Origin: Camelus ferus
Taxonomy: Eukaryota
DNA: 64,000 nt
Assembly (NCBI RefSeq): GCF_009834535.1
Contig: NC_045698.1
Location: 808,001-872,000 of the forward strand
Direction of reading: 5' to 3'
The position numbers and the translations under genes are program-made. Positions 13,620 through 26,605 of the stretch are shown piece after piece; position 1 is the stretch's first letter, and the number at the start of each line of letters is the position of its first letter. Under the pieces are notes generated by a model. The model saw nothing but the letters and a program-made list of their open reading frames with translations. It searched no databases and was not told the origin of the DNA.

Positions 13620-16600
13620 AACAACCTTTCTGCATGCTGGCAACAACCAGGAAGTGTACCGGGAGCTGTCACCTCGCTGGCTGATGCGCTGCTAAGGGCC
13701 GATGGACCTGCGTCACGCCAGCAGCCGCGCCCACCCAGGACGGCCCAGCACCTGCCGTGTTCCAGCTCTTCCATCCTTTCACAGCCGAGCGGCGGGCGCA
13801 GGGAGCCCCTGAAACAGACCGCAAACCGAGGCCCTGCGGCCAGGGACCCCGCCCGGGCCACACAGGGCCAGTGGTTCACCTGGGTGGTCGGGCCCCAGCC
13901 CTGTCCTTACCTCCGGCCCCCCCCCCAGCCCCCCAACAGCCGACCGCTCCACCGGGAGACGAAGTGAGGGGTGATCGCCGTCAGCCCGGCGTCACTGCAG
14001 GGGGCAGAGCCCAGAGCACCTGAGGCCGCACAGGTTACCTTCCAGGGGCCACGTCTACTTTGCCGCCTTGGGACTGAGTCTGCCAGTGACTCCTGCCTCC
14101 CTTCTGAGCTTTCAGAATGATCTCTTTTGATATAACGGAGCATTTTAGAATTTCAGACTTGGCTTCCCTGTGTGAGAAAGGCTTAAGGGGTATCAGAGCA
14201 CTTAACGGCCAGTGGGTCATCACACCGCCTTTGCACACACGGTTAATGAATTATTTATTGAACAGCAACCCCAAATATCCCCTCAGACCCCAGCGAGGAG
14301 TGAGCGGGCTCTGCGGGCGCAGCGCACGGAGTGTGATCCGTGCCCCAGGCGGGCCTTAACGCAGAGACACGTTCTGCCTGACAGAACCCTTCGTCCACAC
14401 GACAAAGACCTTTAAGGGGAGAGGAGCTGAGCTTCCGCAATAAGTGAGATTATCTACATTCTAGACAAATAGGCTCAGCGCACGAGTCAACACAGACTCG
14501 ATTTAAAAGCTCAGTCATATAAATGGAGGCCTTTGGCACTCAGTCTGGAAGACCGAGTTTTCCAAGAAAGTGACGCTGTTGGTGTTTTCCTCTGGGCCAC
14601 CTCTTCGCTCTGAGGGCCCCTCGAGGCTGCAGTGGTCAGAGGGCAGCCTCCCCAGAGAATGCCGCCCCGTGTCACGAGGGTCCCCGTACTCATCTGAGCC
14701 CACAGGACACCCAGGGGAGGCCGGGAAAAGAGAGGATGTCCCTGCACCACGGGGACGTTGGTGGGCACCTGGGGGGTGTCGAGGGGTCTGCAAACCACAT
14801 CCAGTTTCCGAGTTCTGTTCTTCCAACCCCGAGGGTCTCAGACTCTCATCTGTGTAAGAAACTGCCCGTTTTCCCGGGATATCTGGCCCTGGATGATGGC
14901 ACAAGAAAGGGGTGTTGTGACTGGCTGGGCTGGTGACCCTCCCCCTGGCAAGCCCCTGGCTCTTAGCCTTGAGCAGGGGATGCTGGGCAGTGGGCCATCA
15001 GGGGACAGGTTGTGGTGAGGACAGGGCAGCTCCTGAGCCATCATCACCTGCCAGTCTCCCCTGTGGCTGGCGTGGCACCTGTGGCCTCAGCCCTGGTGGT
15101 GGCTGTGGAAGGCACGGGCTGGGCGCTGGGCCACCGGTCTCTGCTGTGGTCGGTGTGGGGGCAACAGGGATGCAGAGCTGCCCCCAGGCTGGCTGTCCGC
15201 GTCCCTGGTGCAGCCCCCCCAGCCAGTTCTGTGGTGACCCTGTGTCCCCCTGGTGGAGGAGAGGTGGCCACTGCTGCCACCCCATTGATACGGTGGCCTG
15301 TACTTAAGTAAACAGCTACATACCTAACTTCACAGGAAAGAATCAGAGGTCCTGGCCCACGTGGGCCTCTTGTTCCCACGTGACTAACATTCTCCGGAGT
15401 GAGCCGCCCTGACCTGCCCTCATTTTCATCACCTGCCCTCACCTGGCCGGCCTGCCCTGGTGTCCGTGGCCCTGGCCCCCTAGCTCTTCATTCCCGCTGC
15501 AGAGGGTGGAGGGTGTCTGCGCACGCCGGTTTTGTGGCACCACACCGGGAAACAAGGTCGGTGCCGGGTGCCCAGTGCCCTGGTCCCAATGCCCTCTGCT
15601 CGGGCACACGGCGGCCGCCACCTGCTGGGACTCATGCAGTCTGCTCTCCTCAGCCCCACCCTGGGGGGCACCGTGGCTCTCCGCTGACCTACCCGCCCTG
15701 GGCCTCCTCCTCCCCAGCTCTGGGTCCGCCTTGCCCTGGCCCGTACAGGGGGACAGAGGGGCCCCGCGGGGCTGCAGCCTGGGGTGACCAGCCATCCGGG
15801 GAAGTGCGGGGAGGACTGGGGTGGTCGGTCACTCTACCCAGGACAGGGCCCCAAGCGTTTGACCCGGACCTGCGAAGGCCTGTCTCCCCTCCCTGTTCCC
15901 CACCCACCCCTCATCTCCCTGTGTCTCTGTCATTCTCTGTCTCTGACCTTCGGTCTCTGTCTCTCCTTCATGCAGGTGAGGCACACACCTGAAACATCCC
16001 CAAAGCAGAACTTGCCCTTCTCGGATGCACTGACTCTCATATTTTCCGTTTTGCTAAATTAAGAGAAAAATCAAGCCAGACTTAGGACTAAACTGAAGTA
16101 GTCTGACGTTTTCCACTCTATGTGATGACGCCAAAGCTTGCCTGTCGTGGCCCGGGGCCTGGGTGGCACAGGTCACCTGGGGAGTGGTTCAGGGGCCGGC
16201 CCGTCCAGTTACCTCAGGGCCAGCAGGTGAGCAGGTGGAGGCCGGCTTGTGGCCATCAGCCTTGGCTTTGTTTTCCCTGGCTCTGGGGCGAGCCCTCTGT
16301 GCAGCCAGTTGGTACTGGTGCCCAGTGGGGTGTCGGTTTGCAGGACCCTGGTCTGCTGGGGGGCACCTATGCCTTGGGCTCTGTCCGCTGTGCCAGGGAC
16401 CCGGGGTCCTGGGAGGAGGAGGGGAGCAGGTGGGCTCCCAGGAGGAGGGGGCGTGGTGGTGTCTCCACAGGGGACCACGGAACACAGGACTTGCTAATTA
16501 ACTGTCTCGAAAAAGGTGACCTTTCCCTGCTGTCAGTGACTGGGAGACAAGCAGAGGCCACGGACGTGGCTGGTCGGGAGCACTGCAGAGAGATTAAAGG

Positions 16601-17064
16601 ATTGGGGAACAGAGCAGAAAAAGCCAAACACGGAGGAATCCGTTTACCCTTTAAATCACCTGTTTCACTGTTGCCAAACCTTCACTAAAATGATTCTCTC
16701 AAAGGAAAAAATCACACGGCTTTTCTGGGCTTTAACACCCAGACTCTGTCTAAAGGTCACTGGGTGAAGAGCGTCAATCAGACGACAAAGTGCAGTGCGG
16801 ACTGAGGCGCCGAGGCCTCCCGTGGGCGGAAGGCCGGGCGCAGGAAGCCCCTTCCTTCCGGGAGCTTGGTTCCCGCGCCGCATCAGTGGGAGAGGAGAAT
16901 ACTTCAGGTGTTCTGAAATGAACGCATTTCACTTGTGTTACAGCCTTACCTGTCCTTGGGGAACAGACACCAAACACAGCATTCATGTGTCTAGCCCGGC
17001 CGGGGGTGAGATTGGACCAGAATCACAGACTTTTAGATGCGATACAGGGCCTTCCATCATCTGT

Positions 17065-17335
17065 GCTTCCATCCACCCGCCTGCCCGTCCACCCACCCAA
17101 GTGCCCCTCCATCCACTCACCATCCGTCTACCCGTCCACCCGTCCACCATTCATCCATTTATCCACCCATCAACCCAACTACTTGCCATCGAACCTCCCT
17201 CCCTCCTTCGTCTGTCTAGACTTCACCTACCCATCCATTCTTCCACCCCTCTTCCCTCCCTCCTTTCTCCCCTCCTCCTTCTATCCACCCGCCTGCCCAG
17301 CCATCTAAATACCTACCCCTTAACTCATTCATCTG
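17065..17335. repeat. Degenerate (TCCA/CCCA)n tetranucleotide tract
   Basis: Repeated ccat/ccac/cct units. Confidence 0.8.
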
Positions 17336-17749
17336 TAAATGCACATTAAGCCCCACTGTCTACTGTGTACAGGTCCATTGTAGACGCTGGCAGAAGCGAA
17401 TGGGGCCAGCTCATTCCCAGGGGAGCTCTCCTCACACCGGGGAGACAGTGAGCACGCTCCCTCCGATGGGACACCTGCTGGGGAGGCCTGGGGAGAGTGG
17501 GGGGAGGTTTGAGGAGTGCTGACCAGGGGCCCAGCGCGGAGGCAGGGGTCGGAGCAGACTTCCAGAGGTGGTGTCCCAGAGAAGCTGTGATGGCGTTAGA
17601 GGTAAGTGGCTGGAAAGCAGGGGCCGGGAGTACGAAGGAGATTGTTCCCGGTGGAGAACAAGGTGAGGCACCAGGCAGGGAGAGGCATCAGGGGAGGCGG
17701 GTGGGTCTGGAGAGCCGAGGCGGTCCCGGACGTCTGGCAGGCTCACGTC

Positions 17750-18020
17750 TGTGCCAGTGTCCTGGGGCTGCTGTAATGGAGCACCGAGACCGTGGGCCGG
17801 GACCGCCAGGAATTCGTTCTCTCTGGAGGCGAGTCTGAAGTCAGCTGTGGGCGGGGCCGGTCCCTCCTGTGGGGCCCTGAGAGGGCGTGCGGCCCAGCCT
17901 CCCTCCCTCCCAGCGTCTGGTGCCCGGTGACCCCGGCATCACTCTGGCCTCTCTGGAGGCGGTCACACGCCATCTCCTGGGTGTGTCTTTGTGTCTCTCT
18001 CCATCTGTAAGGTCACCAGG
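17750..18020 (-). mobile_element. MLT1 MaLR LTR
   Basis: cctggggctgctgtaa...ctggaggcgagtctgaagtcagctgtg...tgtgtctct...gtaaggtcacca. Confidence 0.6.
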
Positions 18021-19089
18021 CACATTGCTGCTCGTCTTAACTAACCCACCTCTCACATGCGTTGCCTGTGCGGGAAGATGCCTCCCCATCACCGCACAGC
18101 TAGCCCTGGAAGATGGCAGCCCCTGTATCGTGAGTCTGCGGGACAACAGGGGCTCCAGCCTGTCCAGCCCTCTGATGCTTCCTGGCACAGTGACGACCAC
18201 GTGCTTCCAGCAAGGTCGCGGTCTGAGGACTGCCGCCCCGCGCCGCCCTGCTGGTCAGTGCCGTCTGCCGACAGGCCGGCCTCGCTGAGCTGAAAAGTGT
18301 CCGCTCAGCACCGGCCTGCGTCTCTGCGGTTCCAACTTGGGCTCGAGAACCCTCTCACATGTGTGTCCTGACTGCCGGCCGTGCTCGTTCTGCTGGGCGT
18401 GCAGTTAGAGGTGGAACTGTGTTCAGGGACGTGCACCTTCTCAGGCTGGGAATCCTGAGAAACAGAGCCTGAAACTGGGGTTCCCCCGATTCAGTGGCGG
18501 GGTGTTCAGGAGAGACGAGGAGGTGAAGGAAACAGGGCAGGGGAGGAGGGATCAGGTGAAGTCAGCCCAGCCTGACCCACGGGGAGCCCGGAGCAGGGAC
18601 CACGGCAGAGCAGACCTGGAGCGGGGATGGTAGGCTCAGCTCAGACAGTGGTGGGCCAGGGCGGGCCGCCCGGCAGGCGCTGGGGGGGGGGGTCCCGGCG
18701 CGAGCGCCGGAGCTGCACCTGCAGCAGGTGGGGAGTGGCCACACCCAGCGGCAGGAGGAGTCCCACGTGACAGGGATGCGCCTGCAGACAAGGCCGGCTC
18801 TTCCCCGCTCACCACGGGACGCCTCTCCTGTACAGATGTGCCTGTTCCTGTCGCCCCTGCTCACTGGCGGGGTGTCAGCTGCTGAAACCGGCTGGGGCGG
18901 CGGGTGAGGGAGGTGTCTTGTCGGGGTTCCTCTGTGTGCCCTTGGCGACTGAGCTCAGGCGTCTCACACAGGCTCAGTGCCGGGCCCCCACCAAGGGTCC
19001 CGCCCGTTCCCTGTTGGGCTGTTAGGCAGCTGTGTGTGACTGTGACGCTGTGAGCAGTTACGCCGCCTCCCCCCCCCCCCACCGCTCAG

Positions 19090-19826
19090 GGCTGCTCACA
19101 AAACCCTCGGAACTTCCTGCGCAGTAACAGCAGCAGGCATGTCTTTCGCAACGATATTTGGTGTCTTGTCCACAGCTTCAAAGCAAGGATGGCGAGGGGG
19201 TGTCTCACTGTCCGTGCCGAGCCCCTCCCCCCACAGCGGGCGTGACGTGAATGAAGCAACTTGGAAGCGTCTAAGGTGGAGCTGGAGGCCGGGAGCCGAC
19301 CAGAGACTAGAGGGTTGGAGCTTTCAGCCCTGACCTCCGAGGAGGGGAGAGGGGCTGGAGGTTGAGCCACTCCCCAGTGGCCAATGATTTAATCAATCGT
19401 GACTGTGTAATGAAGCCTCCATAAAAACCTGCAGAAGGGTGTTCAGAGAGCTTCTGGGTTGAGGACCCAGAACACTTCCCTGGGGCCCCAGCCTCCGCGA
19501 AAGCAGAAGCCCCTGTGTCCTGGTGCCGCGGTGGGAACAGCGGGTTCCTGAGTCTCGGGAGCCAGGCCAGAGGGTTCATCGAACCTGAGGAGTGGTTGTT
19601 GGCACCCCTGACCTCGAGCCCTCGGAAAACACAGGTGACAGCCTGGACTGTGACTGGCATCTGAGGCGGGGCAGTCGTGTGGGACAGAGCCCTGAACCCA
19701 TGGGGTCGGACACCACCTCCAGGTGGGCGGCATCAGAGCTGAGCTGAATTGTCGGACACCCAGCTAGTGCCTGAGAGCTGCTCGGAGGGGTGGGAAACCC
19801 CCCACACACTGGACTTGGGTTCAGAA
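19090..19826 (+). mobile_element. MER21-like ERVL LTR
   Basis: ggggagaggggctggaggttgag...ggccaatgatttaatcaatc...taatgaagcctccataaaaacc...gaattgtcggacacccagct...aaaccccccacaca. Confidence 0.75.
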
Positions 19827-20077
19827 TCGTAGTTCTTCTTGGTCTTATTGATTTGTGGGAGTTCTTTACATATGCAGGCTGTAAGCCCTTTGTCACTTCC
19901 TGATGTGGCTCAGCTCCTGGGCAGGACCCCAGCCTAGACACTTGAGGACGGGACACCAGCGAGACCCTGTCAGGACCCAGGGGCTGTGGAGGCAAGAACC
20001 CCCCGCTGTCCCAGGGCGGCCTGGCTCCCCAGAGCAGCCCCAGACTGTCCCGAGAGGCCCTGGGCACTGCAGCTGAG

Positions 20078-20275
20078 TGTGCACGCACACTCTCGTGTGT
20101 GAGGGGCAGCTGGCCGTGTGGGCTTGCGTGTGCGTGTGTGCAGGGGCTCGTGTGCGTGGGCGTGATGTGTGTGTCCTGCATGTGTACGCGGGCATGGGTG
20201 CCATGTTCAGCATGTCTCGAGGTGTGTAAGACACGTGCAGCACGCGTGGGGTGTGTCTGTGGGCACGTGTGTCCC
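20078..20275. repeat. Degenerate (TG)n tract
   Basis: Interrupted tgtg/cgtg repeats. Confidence 0.75.
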
Positions 20276-21419
20276 CGTGGGTCGGGGGACATGGAGGAAG
20301 GACAGCCCTGGGAGCTCTGGGACGTCTTTTCCACTCTGAGCCTCCACCCTCACAGCTCCGCTCGCCTGGGGAGAGGCCCCTGAAGCCTCTGGGTCTGGGG
20401 CTTGACCCACAAACTTCTTCCAGGAAGCTGTGGGGTGAGGGGACCGCAGGGACAGAAATGGCCAGGGTCCTGCCCGCGCCACGGAGGCTGAGAACGGTGA
20501 GTCACAGTGGACCTCAGCGGTGGGGGGAGGGGACTGGGTGGCACTGAGATCAGGCCTTTGTCCCCTTGGGGTGAGTTTTGTGCCCAGCCCAGGATCGGCT
20601 ATGACGTCTTCACCTGTGACACCTGGAGGCTGACCCAGAAGCAAACCCTGGGGAGACAGGTCCTGGAGACGGGAGAGCTACATCCGGGGGCAGACAGGAC
20701 CCCAGGAGAGCAGCACCAGGAGGTGCTGGATGGTCCAGGCGAGGCCCGTCAGTATGTGGCTGGTGGGGAGGAGCCGCCAGGAGCAGCTGGTGTGGGCTCT
20801 GTGGTCCCTGGGAAAGGAGGATGTGCTCGGGGGATTTGGGAAAAGAAAGGTCATGTGGGCCCGGTATGGGTGTGCCCGCGGGATCCCCTGGCTGGGGCAG
20901 GACGGGGGCCTGGCAGAGAGACCAGTGTCCTATCAGGCGGGTCACAGCTGCCCGACCACTGATCACATCAGGGGCGTCAGTGTCTATTCCAGGCACCGTG
21001 ACCCACCACAGGGGCCTCCTCTGGGCTGCAGCCAGAGCTGACTGGTGAAGAGAAGGACCCCTTTAGCCACAGAGTGGACAAGGGATCTTTAGGGACCTAA
21101 GGCAGGGAGCCACTCGGGACTCTGGTGTCATGTCCCCAGAAGAGGCACTTGGGCTGGGCAGTGGCGGTGGTCACACTGCAGGGCTGGAGTCTGGACGTGA
21201 TGCAGGATGGGGTGGGGGGGCGGGACGGGGCAGCACTGAGCCAGCGGGGCCCTGGGCGGGTTCCAGGTAAGCCCAGCAGACCTGCAGGGGCCCCAGCTGT
21301 GCTCCCTTTCGGCTCAGGAGAAGCGCGTGAAGGCAGTTCTGGCGGGAGGGGAGTGGGGCCCGAGGCGGCCGGCCCTGGTGAAACGGTGGGCTGAGCAAGA
21401 ACGTGGCCACGGAGCCACG

Positions 21420-22688
21420 GCCATTTTCCCACGGGTTTCTTTATTGTTGGTGACGACCGCAGGAGGCCCCGGTGGAGACCGACGGACATGGATGACACAG
21501 GGTTTTACATGAGCACGGGGCGCTCCTGGACAGGACAAGGGTCCCGGTTCCCCCCAAAACTGCACGCAAGCTCCGGCTGACAAGCTGGCTCCCCCCGAGC
21601 GGCTGGTTCCACCGCGCCTGGGCTGAGGTCCGCTCGCAGGGATGGCCGAGAAGGCTCCGCGGGCTGGAGCCGGCCCAGAGCGCACGGCCAGCCTCCGGGC
21701 GGCCGTGCCAGGAATGGTCCTTGGTCAACAGTCCAAAATCCTCGTCAACAGCAGGACACGAGCAGGCAGATTTCAGAAACCAGCCTGGATTCTGAGCACT
21801 GGTTCTGATTCACAGGTAAGCAGGATTCTAAAAGCCGTCCCCTAAGGAAACGAGTGCAGTTACTGATGTGACAGGTGCCCGGAGAAATCCCGGCAGGGTC
21901 TCCACCCGAGGTCGGGGTGTCCAGGCCGCAGCCTCGGGACAGGGTCTGCGCGGTCAGGGCCCACATGGGGGACGGTCTCCCTGTTCCCGGAGAGCTCGCT
22001 TTCTCCAGGGCAGGGTGTCCACGGTGAGGTGGCCAAGAGCTCTCTGGGACCCACATCGGGCAGGGGTGGTGGCAGCCCACGCGGACTTGGCGGAGCTCTG
22101 TTCCCTCGGCCGCAAGGAAATAGACAGCGCTCCCACTGCACACCCGGCCCCCACCCTCAGTGGGGGCTGAGCGGACGGGTGACGTGGGGACGTGTGGCCC
22201 CACGCTGTCATCTTCTGTGCGGACTCCTCCGTCTCACCTCTGCACAATCAGGCAGAATAGACACCTGGTTTTTCAATATGAGCGAAACAAAGGGTCCAGG
22301 AAGCTACTGTGAGCGCTGGGATTCTCAGCAGAGAATCTGTAATCTACAGGCATGGTGCTTCTCAGCACACGGGTGACAGCAGGTGCGGGCTGTGGGGGTG
22401 CTGGGGTGGGCGCGGCGGGGAGGGGCCAGCTCTACACACACGGCACAGGACTCCGACGTTGCTACCTGCGGAGCAGCACAGGCTACGTGAGTTACACAGT
22501 GGCGCGGACGGGCGGGGCACCTCCCCGCGGCCGAGAGGGCATGGGCGTCAGGGGTGAAGACGCGTGTGTCCAGTGGAGCAGAGGCTACAGAGAGGAGCAG
22601 CCCTCCTTTCTCTTAAGCTCAGGTTTTCCTTCTTCGTTTTCGTCTGTCCTGCAGCGGTCGGCGCCTGGGGTCTCCCTTCTCTGCTCCC
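21420..22688 (-). other. SLC6A3: 3' UTR (~1.27 kb)
   Basis: Runs from the stop codon to the first minus-strand AATAAA I noticed downstream. The cleavage site is approximate. Confidence 0.7.
21440..21445 (-). terminator. Polyadenylation signal AATAAA
   Basis: Plus-strand tttatt; the minus strand reads CAACAATAAAGAAACCC. Confidence 0.72.
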
Positions 22689-22712
22689 CTACACCACGAG
22701 CCAGTGGCGGAG
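22689..22712 (-). CDS. SLC6A3: DAT exon 15 coding part (PDZ-binding C-terminus and stop)
   Basis: Polypyrimidine tract cttttcttttcag, then CTC CGC CAC TGG CTC GTG GTG TAG = LRHWLVV*. Confidence 0.96.
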   Translation of the reverse strand, partial: LRHWLVV

Positions 22713-24949
22713 CTGAAAAGAAAAGAGGGTTGGTTCAGAAGCGAAGTGAGGAGCTGCTTGGATAAGGGCGGCTCCTCGGCTGAGGGCCCGGCTTGTCGCT
22801 GGGGACCCCTCAGCAGAGTGGATGGTGGGAGTGGGCGGGGGGCACAGCACTGCTCCCGGTGCACGACAGACCTGGTGCCTGCTTTAACCTTATGAAGGGA
22901 AGTCATCGCTTCACACAGAGCCATCAGGGAGCACAGAGGGGCCAGAGCACAGACCAGCAGCCTCTGCGGCCCCCAGACGTCGGCAGTGACATCAGCTGCT
23001 GGGTGGACGCTGGGTGCTGGCAAGCCTGGGCTGGTCTCAGGGCACCCCCGCCAGCTCACACAGGACCTGTGATGCCCCAGGCCCCCCGCAGCCACTCTCC
23101 TGGGGCCTCTGATCATCCCCGTGAAACCCGTGCCCTGCGCTCCATCTTCTCTGTGTGGCCCCAGGCGGTGTGGATGAGGCCTTGTGTGCCCCGCGGGGCG
23201 GACGAGATGGATGCGGCCGCTATTTAGTTGTCCACAGATGTCACCGCCTGTCATTACACAGCTGCTCCTTCAGCCTATTTTTGAAGCATAAGCCATTCGA
23301 TTGCACTAAATGGCAAGAACTGTTTTTCAAACATTTCCAATTGAGAGCACGAAGGCTTGTTTCTGACACGCCACGCTGGGGACGGGGAGGTGCCAGGTCT
23401 CCCGCTGGCCCCACGATAGGCTCTCTGCTACCCCCGGAAGCCTGTGCAGCGCCGCCAGCCCTGCTCAGGTCACACCTGCGTGTTCACGAAGGGAGCCAGT
23501 GGGCGGGGCCTGACCGCGAGCAGCAGGAGCGGCCCTGTGGCCGGAGCAGTGGCTCCGTGGTGACGCCAGAGCCATGCAGAGGCTGGGGAGCCACACTCGG
23601 GCCCCAGCTGAGGCCCGAGCCCCTGTCCTGCCGCAGATGAGCCAGAGGTGACCCTCTCTGGAGGAGGTGAACTCACAGGCCGCTCAGAATTCCCACAACT
23701 GAACCAGCCCTCAACTAGAAGGACCGGACACACGGACAGCAGCCCACTGTGCGTGGATCAGCCGACACCAGAGCTCAGCTCAGACCCCCATGCACCAGCG
23801 GTTGTGGTCGTCAGATTTGGGGGCAGCTATGTAAGAAATGATTTAAAAAGTGAAATAAGTGACTTACAGTGATGCACTGTTCACCAGAAACAGGCAGGCC
23901 AAAGGCAGCTTCCGGAGACGGAGTCAGAATGGGGCTGGCGGTGAAACGGGACAAGGCAGGGGATACGAGAGGAGCTTAAGTAATGACGTAACATGGGTGC
24001 TGGGCAGCCTCGGAGGGAAGGGACCAGAGCCACATGCAAAGGTGCTGCTGGTCCAGATGGAGTGACTCTATCCCCTGAAGCAGTGTAAAATGAACAAAGT
24101 GCACATAATACGATTTCCCAGACTAGGACGTCAGACGACAAAGGACAGAGAGCCCAGAGAGATGAGCAGGGTGAGCCACCCCGCTGCCCCCAGCACGGCC
24201 TCCGGGGACCTTCTAGGTTCATCACGGGGAAGGGGAAGCCCAGGTAGGGCCCAGTGACCCCCTAGGCTGATGGGATGGGCTGAGCACTGGGAGCCCAAGG
24301 CTGCTGAGTTCACAGGCTGGAGTTTCAGAGTAAGTGTGCAGGGTCGCCGGGGGTCAGCTATTCTCAGTGCCCCCAAGGCCAGGGAGACCCTCCTGGCAGG
24401 ATTCGGGGGACACCTCAGAAATGCACAGGCCAGGAGCTGTGTCCCCCTGTAGGTGAACAAGAGTATCACATGGAGGCTGGGGTCCTGGGGATGGTGTTCA
24501 GGAAGGTCTCGCTCCAGCAGCGGGAACCTTTAGCCTCGCACCAAACTCTGCTCTGTTCCCACCTCGCAAGTCTTAAAAAGCAAGCCCCCCAAAGATCAAA
24601 CCGTCTCCAGGTAACTTAACAACATCCCAGAACAAAGCTCAAGAGCATCAAAAGGAATGCATCTAACAAGGTAAAACTCACAACATGTGGCGCACGATGA
24701 AAAAGGACTGAACACGAAAAGTGGCAGCAGAATCCAGCCCCTTGTGAGGAAAGTGAGCCAGGACGGACGCAACACAGACACAGACACCAGCGCCGGCGGA
24801 CGAGGGCCTTCCGGTGGCCACAGCTGCGCTCCACGCATCCCAAGAGGTAGGCGGCACGAGGGACACAAGGGACCCAGCTGGGCCTCTAGGGAGGAGAACC
24901 GCCACGTGGGAGACGGCGGCTGTGCTGGGCGGGTTTTCAAAGAGTCGGG

Positions 24950-26240
24950 CTTTGCAGAGGAAAACACTTAGTGAACTAAACAAGGGCAACAGAAAGCATG
25001 CAAAATAAAACCACAGAGCAGAGAGAATAAGGCGACCGAAGATATGTGTGTAAGTGGAAGGGGTGGAGCAAAAAAATTGAAGAAACAATAGCCAAATATT
25101 TCTGAATATTTGCTGAAAATTGTGGGAGGAAAACTGAAGTCCTTGTAATATTCAGGATGGGGGTCAGAAAATATTTAACTTTATACTTGAAATATACATG
25201 GTACAATTTCAAAAACAACTATAAAGTTAATAGAATAAAGTATGTAAGTTCATAACAGAGAGGAAAGAGTAGAATAAGGAAAAAAACAATCATAAAAGGC
25301 AATAAAGAGCAAAAAATAAACATTAAAAAATGCAAGAGTTACAAAGAGCAGACTCAAGCCCAGCTGTATTAGTAATCACAACATGTAAATGGATTAACCT
25401 GCCCGACTGCCGAGGGAGGCATTCCAGTGTGCTCGAGGTCTGCAAAAGACACCTACGTTTTAAGATGACTGCAAAGCTGGAAGTTAAAAGGTTACAAAAG
25501 ATATTTCAGGTAAACTCCGAAGAAACCTAGTGCGGCTGTGGTCGTCTCAGACAGACAGGGTTTCAGGGCAAGACCGTCACAAGGGGGAGAAGTCACCAGA
25601 AAGATGTGATAATTCTGAACACGTCTCTGTCTCAGAAGACAGGCTCAAAATAGAGCAAAAACTGGGTAAACTGGACAAATACACTTTTAAGGTGGGGTAG
25701 CCCGTTAAATATCTCCCAATTAATAACGGTCAGACAGAGCCAGAATCAGCAATGTTGTAGAAGGTCTGAACATGACTACAAGTCTACCCCAACGAACAGA
25801 AGGAGATCAACCGCTGAAGAATGCACCACATCTAAAGGCGCACGCACCACGCATGAGAGTCCACTAGGTACTGGCCATAAAGGAGGCTCAACGTTCTTCA
25901 AAGAATGAGTGAAACGGTGTCTGATCACAGTGCAATTAATTTAGAAATTAGTAACAGAAAGATAAAACATCTCCATGTATTTGGGAATTCAAAAGCTGAC
26001 TTCTAAGCGACTCTTGGGATGAAGAAGTCACAGTGAAAATTAAGATGCATTTAAAATTAATGATAAAATGCTCCGTCAGAAGTTGTGGAATGCAGCCAAC
26101 AGGGTATGTTGAGGGAAATTCTTAGCCTTGAATGCTTACATTACAAAAGAAGAAAGGTTGAAAATTGACGATCTAAGGTGTAAACTAAGAAGTTAGTAAA
26201 GGTGTAACAGAGTAGACCTAATGAGAAAAGGGAGCAATCA
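24950..26240 (+). mobile_element. Old L1M fragment in intron 14 (antisense to gene)
   Basis: A-rich, with L1 ORF2 endonuclease-region phrases (ctgatcacagtgcaattaatttagaaattagtaacag; tagccttgaatgcttacattacaaaagaagaaagg). Confidence 0.8.
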
Positions 26241-26533
26241 GGACACAGCTGAAATTAATGAGACAGGAAGTGCAGTGGGGACCGAGCATCCTGCGCCTTC
26301 AGTCTGCATAATAGGAGGTTTTCTGTCCCAGTAGGCCTCCCCTCCCCCACCCCTGCCTACAGTCGTGCCTTGTACATGGTTTCGAGTCAACGTGTCCGTG
26401 TCCTGGAGGGACTCGGCCATGCAGCACCCACGGCTGATACTGGTGCCCTGACCAGGCCCCTCGCTGGGGGAGTGGAGGAGGGGGCACCCACCCAGGCCGC
26501 CCCTGCGACCGGCATGGGGAGAGCGGCACTCAC

Positions 26534-26605
26534 CGTGAACTGGCGCACCTCCCCGCTGTCCGCCCGCTGGCGCTCCTTCTCGGGCGTGATGGCATAGGCC
26601 AGTTT
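26534..26605 (-). CDS. SLC6A3: DAT exon 14 (C-terminal tail)
   Basis: Hand-translated KLAYAITPEKERQRADSGEVRQFT; tag|...|gtgagt; 72 nt. Confidence 0.96.

Noticed and set aside
18440..18640. Possible LTR16-like fragment; also an AATAAA-bearing LTR-like stretch near 4330-4620
   Set aside because: Resemblance too weak to assign without a repeat search.
1..21000. A neighbouring protein-coding gene (e.g. CLPTM1L) or a novel gene downstream of SLC6A3
   Set aside because: No recognisable exon or domain in any frame; the region is repeats plus GC-rich intergenic DNA. A lncRNA cannot be excluded from sequence alone.
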